Shown: one piece after another, positions 50,423 to 60,431 of the stretch
Layout: every line of letters starts with the position of its first letter
Numbering within the stretch: position 1 is the first letter of the stretch
Origin: an uncultured Gemmatimonadales bacterium
Lineage (GTDB): Bacteria; Gemmatimonadota; Gemmatimonadetes; Gemmatimonadales; GWC2-71-9
Reading direction: 5' to 3'
NCBI GenBank assembly: GCA_963825055.1
Contig: CAWGSK010000012.1
Coordinates: 64,001-128,000 of the forward strand
DNA length: 64,000 nt
Translations under genes and position numbers: made by a program
The notes under the pieces: generated by a model
What the model saw: only the letters and a program-made list of their open reading frames with translations
Told to the model about the DNA's origin: nothing
Database searches by the model: none

Positions 50423-50805
50423 GGGGCCGCCACCACGATGGTGATGTTGACAGGGACCCCCATGGTGGGCTCCGAGACCGTCACGGTGATGGTCGTGTAG
50501 TCCCGCCGCGGGTTGTTGCCGGTGGTGCGGACTACGCGGGTCGTACGGGTCATGGCCGGGTAGCCCGGAAAGCCGGTGACGGTGTTGTTGTTGTAGGTCG
50601 CCACGAGCGTCGGGTAACCCGTGTCAGCCCGGATGAGTTCCGCCTGTTCCTGCGCCACGGCCGTGGCAACGGTCTTGGTGTTCGACGTCCCGACCGTGTG
50701 GAGGAATGAGCCCACAAACCGGCCAAGGCCCAGCGCCACCACGGACAGGATGACGAGGGCGACCAGGACTTCGACCAGGGTGAATCCGCGGCGCTTCGTG
50801 CCCAT
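50419..50805 (-). CDS. Prepilin-type N-terminal cleavage/methylation protein (PilV-like)
   Basis: MGTKRRG-FTLVEVLVALVIL. Confidence 0.9.
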   Translation of the reverse strand: MGTKRRGFTLVEVLVALVILSVVALGLGRFVGSFLHTVGTSNTKTVATAVAQEQAELIRADTGYPTLVATYNNNTVTGFPGYPAMTRTTRVVRTTGNNPRRDYTTITVTVSEPTMGVPVNITIVVAAP

Positions 50806-51416
50806 CAGTTGTCTCGCTTCCAGGTGCTCGACGCGTACGTGTACCACACGACCCGCCCGCTGGACCGGATGATCTCGCCGGCGCGGACACCGTTCGTGGA
50901 GCCGCTCGCGAGCCCCTTGACCGTATTCAGGTAGAAGCCACCCGCCTCGCTGGCCGTGCCGTCGCGACGGAAGACGACCACGGGGAGCCCGGCCTGCGTC
51001 TGGGTGAAGTTGACCGTGGCCAGCCCCTGGGTGCCGTTGGTGTAGGTGACCGGGGGGGCGGCGCCGATGCCGAACGTCACGCCCTCTTCCAGGTTCGTGT
51101 AGGTAACGCGCTCGCCGGCGTCGATCACGCCGTTGTTGTTCCGGTCCTCGTGTACCCGGAGCCGGCGGTTGGGCTGGTCGATCGCCACCCGGACGTCATG
51201 CTGGAGGGTGACGGCGAGTCGCTGGGAATAGCTCAGGGTCGCGGTGATCCCCCGGACGGCGGAGTTCACGCGATACCCTTCCAGGTTGAGGCGGGGAATG
51301 GCGATCGCGCTGACCAGGCCGATGACGGCCACGACGGTCATGAGTTCGATGACCGTGAACCCCGCGCGGCGCGCGGCGCGGCTGGTGCGCCGGATTGCGT
51401 ATGAGGTCTGCATCAT
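50805..51416 (-). CDS. Prepilin-type protein (FimT/GspH-like)
   Basis: RRAG-FTVIELMTVVAVIG...AIP; GGGAG SD. Confidence 0.9.
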   Translation of the reverse strand: MMQTSYAIRRTSRAARRAGFTVIELMTVVAVIGLVSAIAIPRLNLEGYRVNSAVRGITATLSYSQRLAVTLQHDVRVAIDQPNRRLRVHEDRNNNGVIDAGERVTYTNLEEGVTFGIGAAPPVTYTNGTQGLATVNFTQTQAGLPVVVFRRDGTASEAGGFYLNTVKGLASGSTNGVRAGEIIRSSGRVVWYTYASSTWKRDN

Positions 51417-51424
51417 GTCTGCTC

Positions 51425-51492
51425 CCAGGCAGCCGGGCAATCTCGGGGAGACCCCTGGCTTTGCGCCCCGCCGTCGCCGGGACGCCCGGTCC
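51425..51492 (-). ncRNA. c-di-GMP-I (GEMM)-like riboswitch, variant or degenerate
   Basis: Minus strand GGGC-GTC-CCG-GCGA-CGGCGG-GGCGCAAAGCC-AGGGGTCT...AGATTGCCCGGCTGCC, ending at the pilin SD. Confidence 0.55.
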
Positions 51493-51777
51493 GTCCCGAG
51501 GGTGAACGACCGGGCAAGCGCCACCCCTGGCCGGGGCCGGGTGACGCTGCGATCAACCTCTCGAAGCGGCAAGTTCCAAGCCCGACCTTGGACACCGGGA
51601 CAAACCACAGAAAGTCAATGAGTTGGCGGCGCCCCGGGACGGGCCCGGGCGCCCGATGCCATCGCAGCCCGCCGGGGAGGCGGCGGCCCGCTATGCCGTT
51701 CCTTGCAGTGGTATTGACCCCCCTCTATGTTCCGCCCCGAGCCACTTCCGACCCTTACTCCGGGACACCGGCACGGC

Positions 51778-53112
51778 ATGACCGATACCAAGCGCATGGA
51801 GAAGCTCGTGTCGCTCGCCAAGCGACGCGGATTCGTCTTCCAGTCCTCCGAGATCTACGGCGGGCTCGGTTCGGTCTGGGACTACGGCCCTCTCGGCGTC
51901 GAACTCAAGCGGAACGTGAAAGAGCGCTGGTGGCAGGCGATGGTCCATGCCCGTGATGACATCGAAGGCCTCGATGCCGCCATCCTGATGCACCCGAAGG
52001 TCTGGGAGGCCTCCGGGCACGTCTCCGGCTTCACCGACCCTCTGGTGGACTGCCGCCAGTGCAAGAACCGTTTCCGTGCGGACAACCCCCGGATCAAGGG
52101 CACCCCGGGCGAGCCCGATGCGCAATGCCCCGTCTGCGGCAGCCGGGGCACGCTGACCGCGCCCCGGCTCTTCAACCTGATGTTCAAGACCTTCATGGGG
52201 CCGGTGGAGGAGGACGCCGCGGTGGTGTACCTGCGGCCGGAGACGGCGCAGGGCATCTACGTGAATTACCTGAACGTGCTGCAGGCCAGCCGCCAGCGCG
52301 TGCCGTTCGGGATCGCGCAGATCGGGAAGGCGTTCCGCAACGAGATCACGCCCGGGAACTTCATCTTCCGCACCCGCGAATTCGAGCAGATGGAGATGCA
52401 GTTCTTCGTCAAGCCCGGCGAAGACATGGCGTGGTTCGAGCGCTGGCGGGAATGGCGCATGGCGTGGCACCACGGCCTCGGCCTGTCGCCCGAACGCCTC
52501 CGCTGGCACGAGCACGGCCCCGACGAACTCGCCCACTACGCCCGCGCGGCCTACGATATCGAATATGAGTTTCCCTTCGGCTGGAACGAGATCGAAGGCA
52601 TTCACAACCGGGGGGACTTCGACCTCTCCCGCCACCAGGAGCACTCCGGGAAGAAGCTGGAGTACTTCGACCAGGCGGCCAACGAGCGGTATCTCCCGTT
52701 CGTCGTGGAGACCTCGGCGGGTGCGGATCGCGTCACCCTCACCGTGCTGGTGGATGCGTATCGCGAGGAGGAAGTGGCGGGCGAGACCCGCGTGGTCATG
52801 GGCTTCCATCCCGTCCTGGCCCCCATCAAGGCCGGCGTCTTCCCCCTGGTAAAGAAAGACGGCATGCCCGAGCGGGCCGACCGGGTCTACCAGGCCCTCC
52901 GCCGCCGGATGCCCGTGTTCTACGACGACAGCGGCGCCATCGGCCGCCGATACCGGCGGATGGACGAGGCCGGCACCCCGTTTTGCATCACTATCGACGG
53001 TGACACCCTCGCCGGCGGCGAGGTCACCGTGCGCGAGCGCGACTCGATGGCCCAGGTCCGGGTCAGCGAGGACGCGCTGGCGGCCTACCTGCAGGAGCGG
53101 CTCGCCGACTGA
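51778..53112 (+). CDS. glyQS: Glycine--tRNA ligase (alpha2 type)
   Basis: KRRGFVF, DYGPLG, YLRPETAQG, FRTREFEQME. Confidence 0.97.
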   Translation: MTDTKRMEKLVSLAKRRGFVFQSSEIYGGLGSVWDYGPLGVELKRNVKERWWQAMVHARDDIEGLDAAILMHPKVWEASGHVSGFTDPLVDCRQCKNRFRADNPRIKGTPGEPDAQCPVCGSRGTLTAPRLFNLMFKTFMGPVEEDAAVVYLRPETAQGIYVNYLNVLQASRQRVPFGIAQIGKAFRNEITPGNFIFRTREFEQMEMQFFVKPGEDMAWFERWREWRMAWHHGLGLSPERLRWHEHGPDELAHYARAAYDIEYEFPFGWNEIEGIHNRGDFDLSRHQEHSGKKLEYFDQAANERYLPFVVETSAGADRVTLTVLVDAYREEEVAGETRVVMGFHPVLAPIKAGVFPLVKKDGMPERADRVYQALRRRMPVFYDDSGAIGRRYRRMDEAGTPFCITIDGDTLAGGEVTVRERDSMAQVRVSEDALAAYLQERLAD

Positions 53113-53147
53113 CACCGCCGGCGGGCGCCCTGCATCCGGGACACCAC

Positions 53148-54446
53148 ATGTCACGCCAGAAACCCAAGAGTACGCGCATCGGCCGACGGGAACTCCACCC
53201 GGAAAGCCTGATGATGAGCTACGGCTTCGATCCGCGGCTTTCCGAAGGCGCCCTCAAGTGCCCCATCTTCCAGACCTCCACGTTCGTCTTCGAGTCGGCT
53301 GAAGCCGGGAAGGCATTCTTCGAGGTCGCCTATGGCCTGCGCGACGCCGCCCCCGACGAGCAGCCGGGCCTCATCTACAGCCGCCTCAACAACCCGGACC
53401 TGGAGGTGCTGGAGGACCGGCTCTCCCTCTGGGACCGCGCGGAGGGGTGCGCGGTGTTCGAGAGCGGGATGGCGGCCATCACCACCAGCCTCCTCTCCTT
53501 CATCCGGCCCGGCGATGTGGTGCTTCACAGCGAGCCGGTATACGGCGGAAGCGACCACTTCATCAATCATGTCCTGCCGCGCTTCGGGGTGACACCCGTG
53601 GGCTTCCAGGCAGGCCAGCCCCTCGCGGCCCTGGAGCCGGGCCTGCTCTCCGCGATTGACCGGCGCCCGGTCGCTGCCATCCTGGTGGAGACACCGGCCA
53701 ACCCGACCAACGACCTGGTCGACATCGCCGGCGTGGCGGCGTTCCGGGACCGGCTCGCTGTCGGCGACCGTGTCCCGGTCCTGATGGTGGACAACACGTT
53801 TCTCGGCCCGCTCTGGCAAAGCCCGCTGGCCCACGGCGCCGACCTGGTGATCTACTCCGCCACCAAGTTCATCGGGGGCCACAGCGACGTGATCGCCGGC
53901 GCCGTCCTCGGCCGGCACGAAGTGCTCCAGCCGGTGCGGGTGATGCGCACCTTCATGGGCACCATGGCCGGGCCCTGGACCGGCTGGCTTCTGCTCCGGA
54001 GCCTCGAGACGCTGAAGATGCGGATGACCGCGGCCATGAAGAACGCGCGCTACGTCGCCGACTTCCTGGGCGACCATCCGCTGGTCGAGCGCGTGCACTA
54101 CCTGGGCAACCTCACGGAGGAGCATCCGATGTACGAGGTCTACCGCCGCCAGTGCCGGGCACCCGGGTCATTGATCTCGTTCGAGGTTCGGGGCGGCCAG
54201 CCCGCCGCCTTCCGGCTGCTGAACGCCCTCCAGATGGTGAAGCTGGCCGTGAGCCTGGGGGGGACCGAGTCCCTCGCGGAACACCCGGCCTCGATGACCC
54301 ACGCGGACGTTCCCCCGGAGGACCAGGCGCGGATGGGGATTTCCGCCGGCATGGTGCGCCTCTCGGTGGGCGTCGAGCATTTCGATGACATCATCCTCGA
54401 CCTGGCCCAGGCCCTCGATGCGGCCGGGGGCACGGGCACCGGCTGA
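53148..54446 (+). CDS. Cystathionine gamma-synthase / methionine gamma-lyase family PLP enzyme
   Basis: YSRLNNP, SGMAAI, ETPANPT, DNTF, SATKFIGGHSD, SLGGTESL. Confidence 0.92.
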   Translation: MSRQKPKSTRIGRRELHPESLMMSYGFDPRLSEGALKCPIFQTSTFVFESAEAGKAFFEVAYGLRDAAPDEQPGLIYSRLNNPDLEVLEDRLSLWDRAEGCAVFESGMAAITTSLLSFIRPGDVVLHSEPVYGGSDHFINHVLPRFGVTPVGFQAGQPLAALEPGLLSAIDRRPVAAILVETPANPTNDLVDIAGVAAFRDRLAVGDRVPVLMVDNTFLGPLWQSPLAHGADLVIYSATKFIGGHSDVIAGAVLGRHEVLQPVRVMRTFMGTMAGPWTGWLLLRSLETLKMRMTAAMKNARYVADFLGDHPLVERVHYLGNLTEEHPMYEVYRRQCRAPGSLISFEVRGGQPAAFRLLNALQMVKLAVSLGGTESLAEHPASMTHADVPPEDQARMGISAGMVRLSVGVEHFDDIILDLAQALDAAGGTGTG

Positions 54447-54454
54447 GCCGCCCC

Positions 54455-55165
54455 ATGCGCCTCCGCGACTTCGACCGGATGGTCCAGACGATGGTCCGGG
54501 AGATTCCCGGCGAGTTCCTGAGGGACGTCAGCGAGGTCACGGTCTCGCCTGCATCCCGGCCGCATCCATCCCGGGAAGGCGTCTACACGCTGGGAGAATG
54601 CGAGACCATCGCGGTGGGCAATGTCGCCGTGGAGGGTGCGGGCGGGGAGATGCCCGCCCGCATCATTCTTTACCACGGCAGCTTCGAGGCGCTGGCGCGC
54701 GGCCGTGGCCACTTCGACTGGGAAGCGGAAGCGTGGGAAACACTGACCCACGAGATCCGGCACCACCTCGAATGGAATGCGGGTGAGGCCGGGCTCGAGG
54801 AATTCGACATGGCCGCGGAGGAGAACTTTGCGCGCCATGACGGCGAGGGAAGGGACCCCGCCTTCTTCCTGGGTGGCGAGCCGGTCGGGGAGGGCGCATG
54901 GCGCATCGACGACGACGTCTTCCTCGACCACGTGGTGCGCCGGGTTCCCCGGTCGGCCAGGTTCCACTGGGCTGGCGCCACGTGGACGATGCCCCTTCCG
55001 GAGGGGACGAGGCTGCCCGCCTGGGTATCGGTCCAGGGTATGGATGATCCCCCGCCGGGCGAGCTGGTGCTGGTCTTCCGGCGGCGTCCCGGGTGGCGCG
55101 ATCTGCTTTTTCCCCCCTCGATCACGCGGCTGACAGGCAAGGCCCGCCGGGTTGAAGGTCCGTAA
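54455..55165 (+). CDS. Zincin-like metallopeptidase domain protein
   Basis: RIILY..SF, THEIRHHLE (HExxH). Confidence 0.75.
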   Translation: MRLRDFDRMVQTMVREIPGEFLRDVSEVTVSPASRPHPSREGVYTLGECETIAVGNVAVEGAGGEMPARIILYHGSFEALARGRGHFDWEAEAWETLTHEIRHHLEWNAGEAGLEEFDMAAEENFARHDGEGRDPAFFLGGEPVGEGAWRIDDDVFLDHVVRRVPRSARFHWAGATWTMPLPEGTRLPAWVSVQGMDDPPPGELVLVFRRRPGWRDLLFPPSITRLTGKARRVEGP

Positions 55166-55245
55166 GAGACTGGGGCTGGCAGTCGCGGTATATTTCGTCG
55201 CAACCCCGGCCCTGTATGACCGGGTTCCCGTTGAGGAGAGAGTTC

Positions 55246-55518
55246 ATGAAGGTCCAGGAATGCCGCACCACCATGTCCGGGGATGAGGTCCTGTCCCGCG
55301 TCAAGTCCTTCTTCGCCGAACGGGTCCCGCATATGGCGGCCTTCCCCGAGCGCGAGGGGCCGACGTGGCTCACCCTCCGCGGACAGGGAGGGGAAGAGGT
55401 CGCCCTGTCGGTCCATCCGGGGGAGGGCGAGACGGTAGTCCGCGCCAGTTCGCTGCTCTTCGGCCAGCAGATCTCGCGGTTCTTTTCTACCCTGCCGTCG
55501 CCTGCGGGGGTCGCATGA
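55246..55518 (+). CDS. Small hypothetical protein
   Basis: GAGGAG SD, ATG at 55246, ATGA overlap with next gene. Confidence 0.65.
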   Translation: MKVQECRTTMSGDEVLSRVKSFFAERVPHMAAFPEREGPTWLTLRGQGGEEVALSVHPGEGETVVRASSLLFGQQISRFFSTLPSPAGVA

Positions 55519-55775
55519 GCGGCACGCTTCCCCTTCGCGTCATGGTGCAGGATGCCTGGGAAGAGGTCGACCTCGAGGTGCCGGATACCACCACGGTGCA
55601 GGACTTGAAGCGGCAGGCCCTCGCCGGAGTCCGGATCCTGCGCGACCCCTCGCAGTACGTGGTCAAGTACCGCGGGGCCCAGCTGATCGAGGAGGATCGC
55701 ACTCTTGCCCAGCACCAGCTGGTGCCGAACGCGAATCTCATCGTGCTGGGGCGCTGGCGCCGTCCCGTTCGCTAG
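55515..55775 (+). CDS. Ubiquitin-like (beta-grasp, YukD/EsaB-like) protein
   Basis: 86 aa; LEVPDTTTVQDLK...KYRGAQL.EEDRTL....LVPNANLIV parallels the ubiquitin pattern; no terminal GG. Confidence 0.7.
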   Translation: MSGTLPLRVMVQDAWEEVDLEVPDTTTVQDLKRQALAGVRILRDPSQYVVKYRGAQLIEEDRTLAQHQLVPNANLIVLGRWRRPVR

Positions 55776-55780
55776 AACCT

Positions 55781-56041
55781 GTGGCCGCGCCCTCCACCTT
55801 CAGCCGGGCGTTTACCGCCGTAGCTGCCGCCTTCCTCGCGCTCGATGGCCTGCTGCTGCTCGCCGCCGGTATCTGGACCGGGCGGCCGTGGCTCCTGGTC
55901 TGGGGCAGCCTCTGCCTGCTGGCCGTCGGAGGGGTGGCCCTGGGCTGGCGCCGCTACCGGCGCATGCTCGATGAACTCGACGCCCACCGTGCCGCCCTGC
56001 GCCGGGACATCAAGGATCTCCGCAATTCCCTCCGGCAGTGA
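55781..56041 (+). CDS. Small two-TM membrane protein
   Basis: Two hydrophobic helices plus charged tail; GTGA overlap with next gene. Confidence 0.65.
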   Translation: MAAPSTFSRAFTAVAAAFLALDGLLLLAAGIWTGRPWLLVWGSLCLLAVGGVALGWRRYRRMLDELDAHRAALRRDIKDLRNSLRQ

Positions 56042-56925
56042 CCGCCGTCTATACTCACCCCGCCTGTCTCCGGCACGACCCCGGCCCCTTTGAAGTTCCC
56101 GAGCGTCTCGCAGTGCTCCTGTCCGGGCTCCGCGACCATCCCCGACACACGGTAAGCCACGCCGCCCCCGCGCCGCTGGCGATGCTGGCCGAGGTGCACA
56201 CCGCCGGGCATCTCGATCTGCTGCGGGACACCGCGACCGCCGGTGGTGGCGCGGTTGGTCCGGAGGCGGTGCTTTCCCCGGAGAGCTGGGAGGCCGTGCT
56301 CGGCGCCGCGGGTTCCATGGCCTCGGCCATCGACCACGCCCTCGCGGGGCGTGGGCATGCCTTCGCCGCCGTTCGCCCCCCGGGGCATCACGCCCTCCGC
56401 GATCGTGCGATGGGGTTCTGCCTCGTCAACAACGCGGTAGCCGGCGCCCTGCACGCCCGTCGGCGCGGGGCGGCACGGACGCTCATTGTCGACTGGGATG
56501 TGCACCATGGAAACGGCACCCAGGCCCTGGTGGAGCGGGACCCCTCCGTCCGGTTTGTTTCCATGCACCAGTATCCGTGGTATCCGGGAACGGGTGCGGC
56601 GGGAGAGCACGGGGTGGGTAACGTTTTCAACGTCCCGGCGCCCCCGTCGCTTCCTCCTGAACGCTACGTGGCCATGCTCGAGGCGGCATTCAGGCGCGCG
56701 GTGGATGGCTGGCGGCCCGATCTCATACTCGTCTCCGCCGGTTACGACTGCCTCCTCGGCGATCCGCTGGGCGGTTTCACGCTCGAGCCGGTGCACCTGG
56801 GGGGCTGGATCACCTTCTTCAGGGAGCAATTGCCCGACGTCCCCATCGCGGGTGTCCTGGAGGGGGGATACATCCCGTCCCGGCTCGCCGATGGCGTGCT
56901 GGCGACGCTCGATGCACTGGACTGA
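56038..56925 (+). CDS. Histone deacetylase family protein
   Basis: RPPGHHA, GFC..NN, DWDVHHGNGTQ, SAGYD, LEGGY. Confidence 0.95.
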   Translation: MTAVYTHPACLRHDPGPFEVPERLAVLLSGLRDHPRHTVSHAAPAPLAMLAEVHTAGHLDLLRDTATAGGGAVGPEAVLSPESWEAVLGAAGSMASAIDHALAGRGHAFAAVRPPGHHALRDRAMGFCLVNNAVAGALHARRRGAARTLIVDWDVHHGNGTQALVERDPSVRFVSMHQYPWYPGTGAAGEHGVGNVFNVPAPPSLPPERYVAMLEAAFRRAVDGWRPDLILVSAGYDCLLGDPLGGFTLEPVHLGGWITFFREQLPDVPIAGVLEGGYIPSRLADGVLATLDALD

Positions 56926-56980
56926 CGCCTCCTGCCCGTTCCGCTAGATTTCCCCTTCACCATCCCCGAGGAGACCGTCC

Positions 56981-58006
56981 GTGGCCGCACCCCTGCACCT
57001 CTCCGCCGAGGTCCTGTCCCTTACCACGCGCCATCCGTTCATCATTGCGCGCGGGGGGCGCAGCGAGTTTCAGACCGTTCGCGTCACACTGACCGACGCC
57101 GACGGCATGGAGGGGTGGGGGGAGGCCGCGCCACAGAAATACTATGGCGAGACGGTGGAAACCGTGCTGGCGTCCCTGGACGTCTACGCCACCGTCATGC
57201 CGGAGGAGCCCTTCGCCATCGAAGCAGCCGAGCGCCGATGGGATCTCGCCCTGCGCGGCAACGCCTCGGCGCGGGTCGCGCTGTCCGCCGCTCTCCATGA
57301 CCTCTGCGGAAAGAAGCTCGGTGTCCCGGTTTACCGGCTGTGGGGACTGGACCCGGCGGATGCGCCGCTCTCGACGTTCACCATCGGGATCGACACGGCG
57401 GAGCGGATCCGGGCCAAGGTCGCGGAAGCCTCCGAGTATCCGGTCCTCAAGATCAAGCTCGGGACCGACCGAGATATCGAGATCCTGGAAACCATACGTG
57501 ACGCAACCAGCCAGGAGCTCCGGGTGGACGCCAACGCCGGCTGGACCGTGCGGCAGGCGATCCGGATGCTTCCCGTCCTTGAGGAGTACGGCGTCACCGT
57601 GCTGGAGCAGCCTCTTCCCGCCAGCGATATCGGCGGGCTCGCCGAGATCCGGCGTCATGCGCGCATTCCGCTCATCGCGGACGAGAGCTGCCGCACGCTC
57701 GCGGACATCCCGCCGCTGGTGGGCGCCGTGGACGGGATCAACATCAAGCTGGCCAAGTGCGGCAGCCTCCGCGAGGCGCTGCGGATGATCGCGACCGCGC
57801 GCGCCCATCACATGACGGTGATGGTCGGCTGCATGATCGAGAGTTCCATCGGCATCACTGCTGCCGCCCACCTGACCCCCCTGGTCGATATCGTGGACCT
57901 CGACGGCGCGGCACTGCTCGCGAAGGACCCGTACGCAGGCGCCACCATCGCGGGCGGGCAGGTCCGGCTCCCGGACGGTCCGGGCCTGGGCGTTACGGCG
58001 CGATGA
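56981..58006 (+). CDS. Dipeptide epimerase (L-Ala-D/L-Glu epimerase, enolase superfamily)
   Basis: LKIKLG, VDANAGW, EQP, ADES, NIKLAKCG, GCMIES, DLD. Confidence 0.92.
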   Translation: MAAPLHLSAEVLSLTTRHPFIIARGGRSEFQTVRVTLTDADGMEGWGEAAPQKYYGETVETVLASLDVYATVMPEEPFAIEAAERRWDLALRGNASARVALSAALHDLCGKKLGVPVYRLWGLDPADAPLSTFTIGIDTAERIRAKVAEASEYPVLKIKLGTDRDIEILETIRDATSQELRVDANAGWTVRQAIRMLPVLEEYGVTVLEQPLPASDIGGLAEIRRHARIPLIADESCRTLADIPPLVGAVDGINIKLAKCGSLREALRMIATARAHHMTVMVGCMIESSIGITAAAHLTPLVDIVDLDGAALLAKDPYAGATIAGGQVRLPDGPGLGVTAR

Positions 58007-60420
58007 GCGCCGGTTTCGGCCGGGTGGCACTGCCGCTGCCCCTGGCCGAGCCCTATACCTACCGGGTCCCGCCCGGGCTCGCCGATCGCATTGTCCCTGG
58101 TGCGCGCGTGATTGTCCCGGTCCGCCGCCAGGAGATGGTCGGCATCGTGGTCGGCCTCGATCCCGGGGCCCCCGACCGCGAAGTCCGCGACATTCTCGCT
58201 GCCCCCGACCCCGAGCCCGCGCTTCCCCCTGCGCTCCTGGAGACTGCCGAATGGATGGCGGGCTACTACGGGGCTCCGCTCGGCCTGGCACTCCGCGCCA
58301 TGCTCCCCGCCGCCCTCTGGGGGCGGTCCCACGTGCGGGTGTACCTGGAACGCCCGGGCGCGGCGCCCGGCGGATTCTCGGCCGAGATTGTCCGGTGGCT
58401 TGAGCGGAAGGGCGGGGAGGCCACCTCGACTGCCATCGCGCGGGCGCTCCGGAAACCGGTCTGGGACGCCCTGGCGCGACTCGACCGCGTGGGGGCGGTC
58501 CGTCTCGAGGTCACGGGGGTGGACGCCGGGGCGCCCGGCGTGACCGAGCGCGTGCTGGCGCTGGTCGAACCGCGACCGTCCCTGGCCGAGCGGGAAGAAC
58601 TGTTCCGGCGCACGCGATCGCAGCGGCGCCTGTTCGAGACCCTGGAGGATCTCGGGGGCGGTGCACCCGTTCGCCACCTCCGTGACCAGCTCGGCTTTTC
58701 TGACCATCCTGTCCGGGCGCTCGTCGGCCGGGGGCTGGCTCGTCTCGAGGATGTCGAGCGCATTCGCGATCCTTTTGCGGACCTGCCCGGCAGCCCTCCC
58801 CCCGGCGCTCCCTCGCCCGCGCAACAGGAGGCGCTCACTTCGCTCGCGGCGGTGCCGCCGGGCGAGGCTGCGCTCCTGTTCGGCGTGACGGGGAGCGGCA
58901 AGACGTTTGTCTATCTGGAGGCGATCCGGGCCGCGCTGGCCCGGGGTCGTGGCGCCATCCTGCTGGTGCCGGAGATCAGCCTCACGCCACAGATCGTCGC
59001 CCGGGTTCGCGGCGCCTTCGGGGACGAGGTGGCGGTACTGCACAGCGGCCTGTCGGATGGCGAGCGCGCCGATGCGTGGCGCGTGCTGCGGCGGGGCGAG
59101 CGACGGGTCGCGGTTGGAGCGCGTTCCGCGATCTTCGCCCCCGTCCAGGACCTCGGCGTCATCGTGATCGACGAGGAGCACGAGGCCGGATACAAGAACG
59201 GGGAGACGCCGCGCTATCATGCGCGGGAGGTGGCCGGTGTGCGCGCCAGCCTGGAACACGCTTCCCTGATCCTGGGGAGCGCCACCCCATCGGCGGAAAC
59301 GATGGCGCGAGTGGATACCGGGGTGCCGGCCATTCGCCTCCCCGACCGGATCGGCGCCCGCCCGATGCCGGAAGTGGAGCTGGTGGACCTCCGTCACGCC
59401 GAACGGGTGGAGGGGACCCGCGCCGTGCCCTGGACTCGATCCCTGGACGAGGCCGTGACCACAACGCTCGCGCGCGGGGAGCAGGCACTCCTCCTGCTCA
59501 ACCGGCGCGGCTTCGCGACCTACCTCCAGTGCGAGGCTTGTGGTGAGGTCCGGGAATGTCCGCACTGCAGTATCTCGCTCACGGTGCATGACAGCCCTGC
59601 ACTCCTGCGTTGCCACTACTGCGGGTACACCGAGCGGATCCCGGATGCCTGCCTGGCGTGCGGCCATGCCGTGCAGCGGCACCGTGGCGTAGGCACACAG
59701 CAACTCGAGCGGGTGCTTGCCGAGCGATTCCCGTCGGCCCGACTCGCGCGGATGGACCTGGACACGACCAGCACGCGATGGTCGCACCACCGGATCCTGT
59801 CAGCGGTGGAACGGGGTGAGGTCGACCTGCTGCTCGGAACGCAGATGATTGCCAAGGGGCTCGATTTTCCGAACGTGACACTCGTGGGGGTCGTGGACGC
59901 CGATACGGGGCTTCACCTGCCCGATTTCCGGAGCGCGGAGCGTACCTTCCAGCTGCTGGCGCAGGTTGCCGGGCGCACCGGGCGCGGACCGAAGGGCGGA
60001 CGGGTGCTGATCCAGACCCGTACGCCGGGGCACCATGCCCTCCGCTGGGCGGCGCAGCATGATGTCGAGCGGTTCCTCGAGGACGAACTGGCCAGCCGGC
60101 GGGAGCCGCCATATCCGCCGTATCTCTCGCTCGTCAACGTCCTTGTGTCGGGCGTGGATGAGGGCGATGTCGGACGGGAGGCCGCGGAGGTCGCCGACTG
60201 GTTCCACGCGCTGGTGGCGGCGCGGGAACTGCCGGTGCAGGTTCTCGGTCCGGCCCCGTGCCCGATTGCCCGGATCAAGACCCGCTGGCGCTGGCACGTC
60301 CTGCTCAAGGGACCCTCCGAGGAGCTGGGCCGCGTCGTGCGGTACGCGGCATCACGAATCACGAAAGCGGGCCGGGACGTGCGGGTCGTTCTCGACCGCG
60401 ACCCGGTCTCGCTTCTCTAG
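58003..60420 (+). CDS. priA: Primosomal protein N'
   Basis: GVTGSGKT, DEEH, four CxxC zinc pairs, GTQMIAKGLDF, QVAGR. Confidence 0.97.
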   Translation: MSAGFGRVALPLPLAEPYTYRVPPGLADRIVPGARVIVPVRRQEMVGIVVGLDPGAPDREVRDILAAPDPEPALPPALLETAEWMAGYYGAPLGLALRAMLPAALWGRSHVRVYLERPGAAPGGFSAEIVRWLERKGGEATSTAIARALRKPVWDALARLDRVGAVRLEVTGVDAGAPGVTERVLALVEPRPSLAEREELFRRTRSQRRLFETLEDLGGGAPVRHLRDQLGFSDHPVRALVGRGLARLEDVERIRDPFADLPGSPPPGAPSPAQQEALTSLAAVPPGEAALLFGVTGSGKTFVYLEAIRAALARGRGAILLVPEISLTPQIVARVRGAFGDEVAVLHSGLSDGERADAWRVLRRGERRVAVGARSAIFAPVQDLGVIVIDEEHEAGYKNGETPRYHAREVAGVRASLEHASLILGSATPSAETMARVDTGVPAIRLPDRIGARPMPEVELVDLRHAERVEGTRAVPWTRSLDEAVTTTLARGEQALLLLNRRGFATYLQCEACGEVRECPHCSISLTVHDSPALLRCHYCGYTERIPDACLACGHAVQRHRGVGTQQLERVLAERFPSARLARMDLDTTSTRWSHHRILSAVERGEVDLLLGTQMIAKGLDFPNVTLVGVVDADTGLHLPDFRSAERTFQLLAQVAGRTGRGPKGGRVLIQTRTPGHHALRWAAQHDVERFLEDELASRREPPYPPYLSLVNVLVSGVDEGDVGREAAEVADWFHALVAARELPVQVLGPAPCPIARIKTRWRWHVLLKGPSEELGRVVRYAASRITKAGRDVRVVLDRDPVSLL

Positions 60421-60431
60421 CGGAAGGCGTC

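Noticed and set aside
51560..51585. Sigma54 promoter for the pilin operon (TGGAAC...TTGC on the minus strand)
   Set aside because: The GG-to-GC spacing does not fit the -24/-12 rule.
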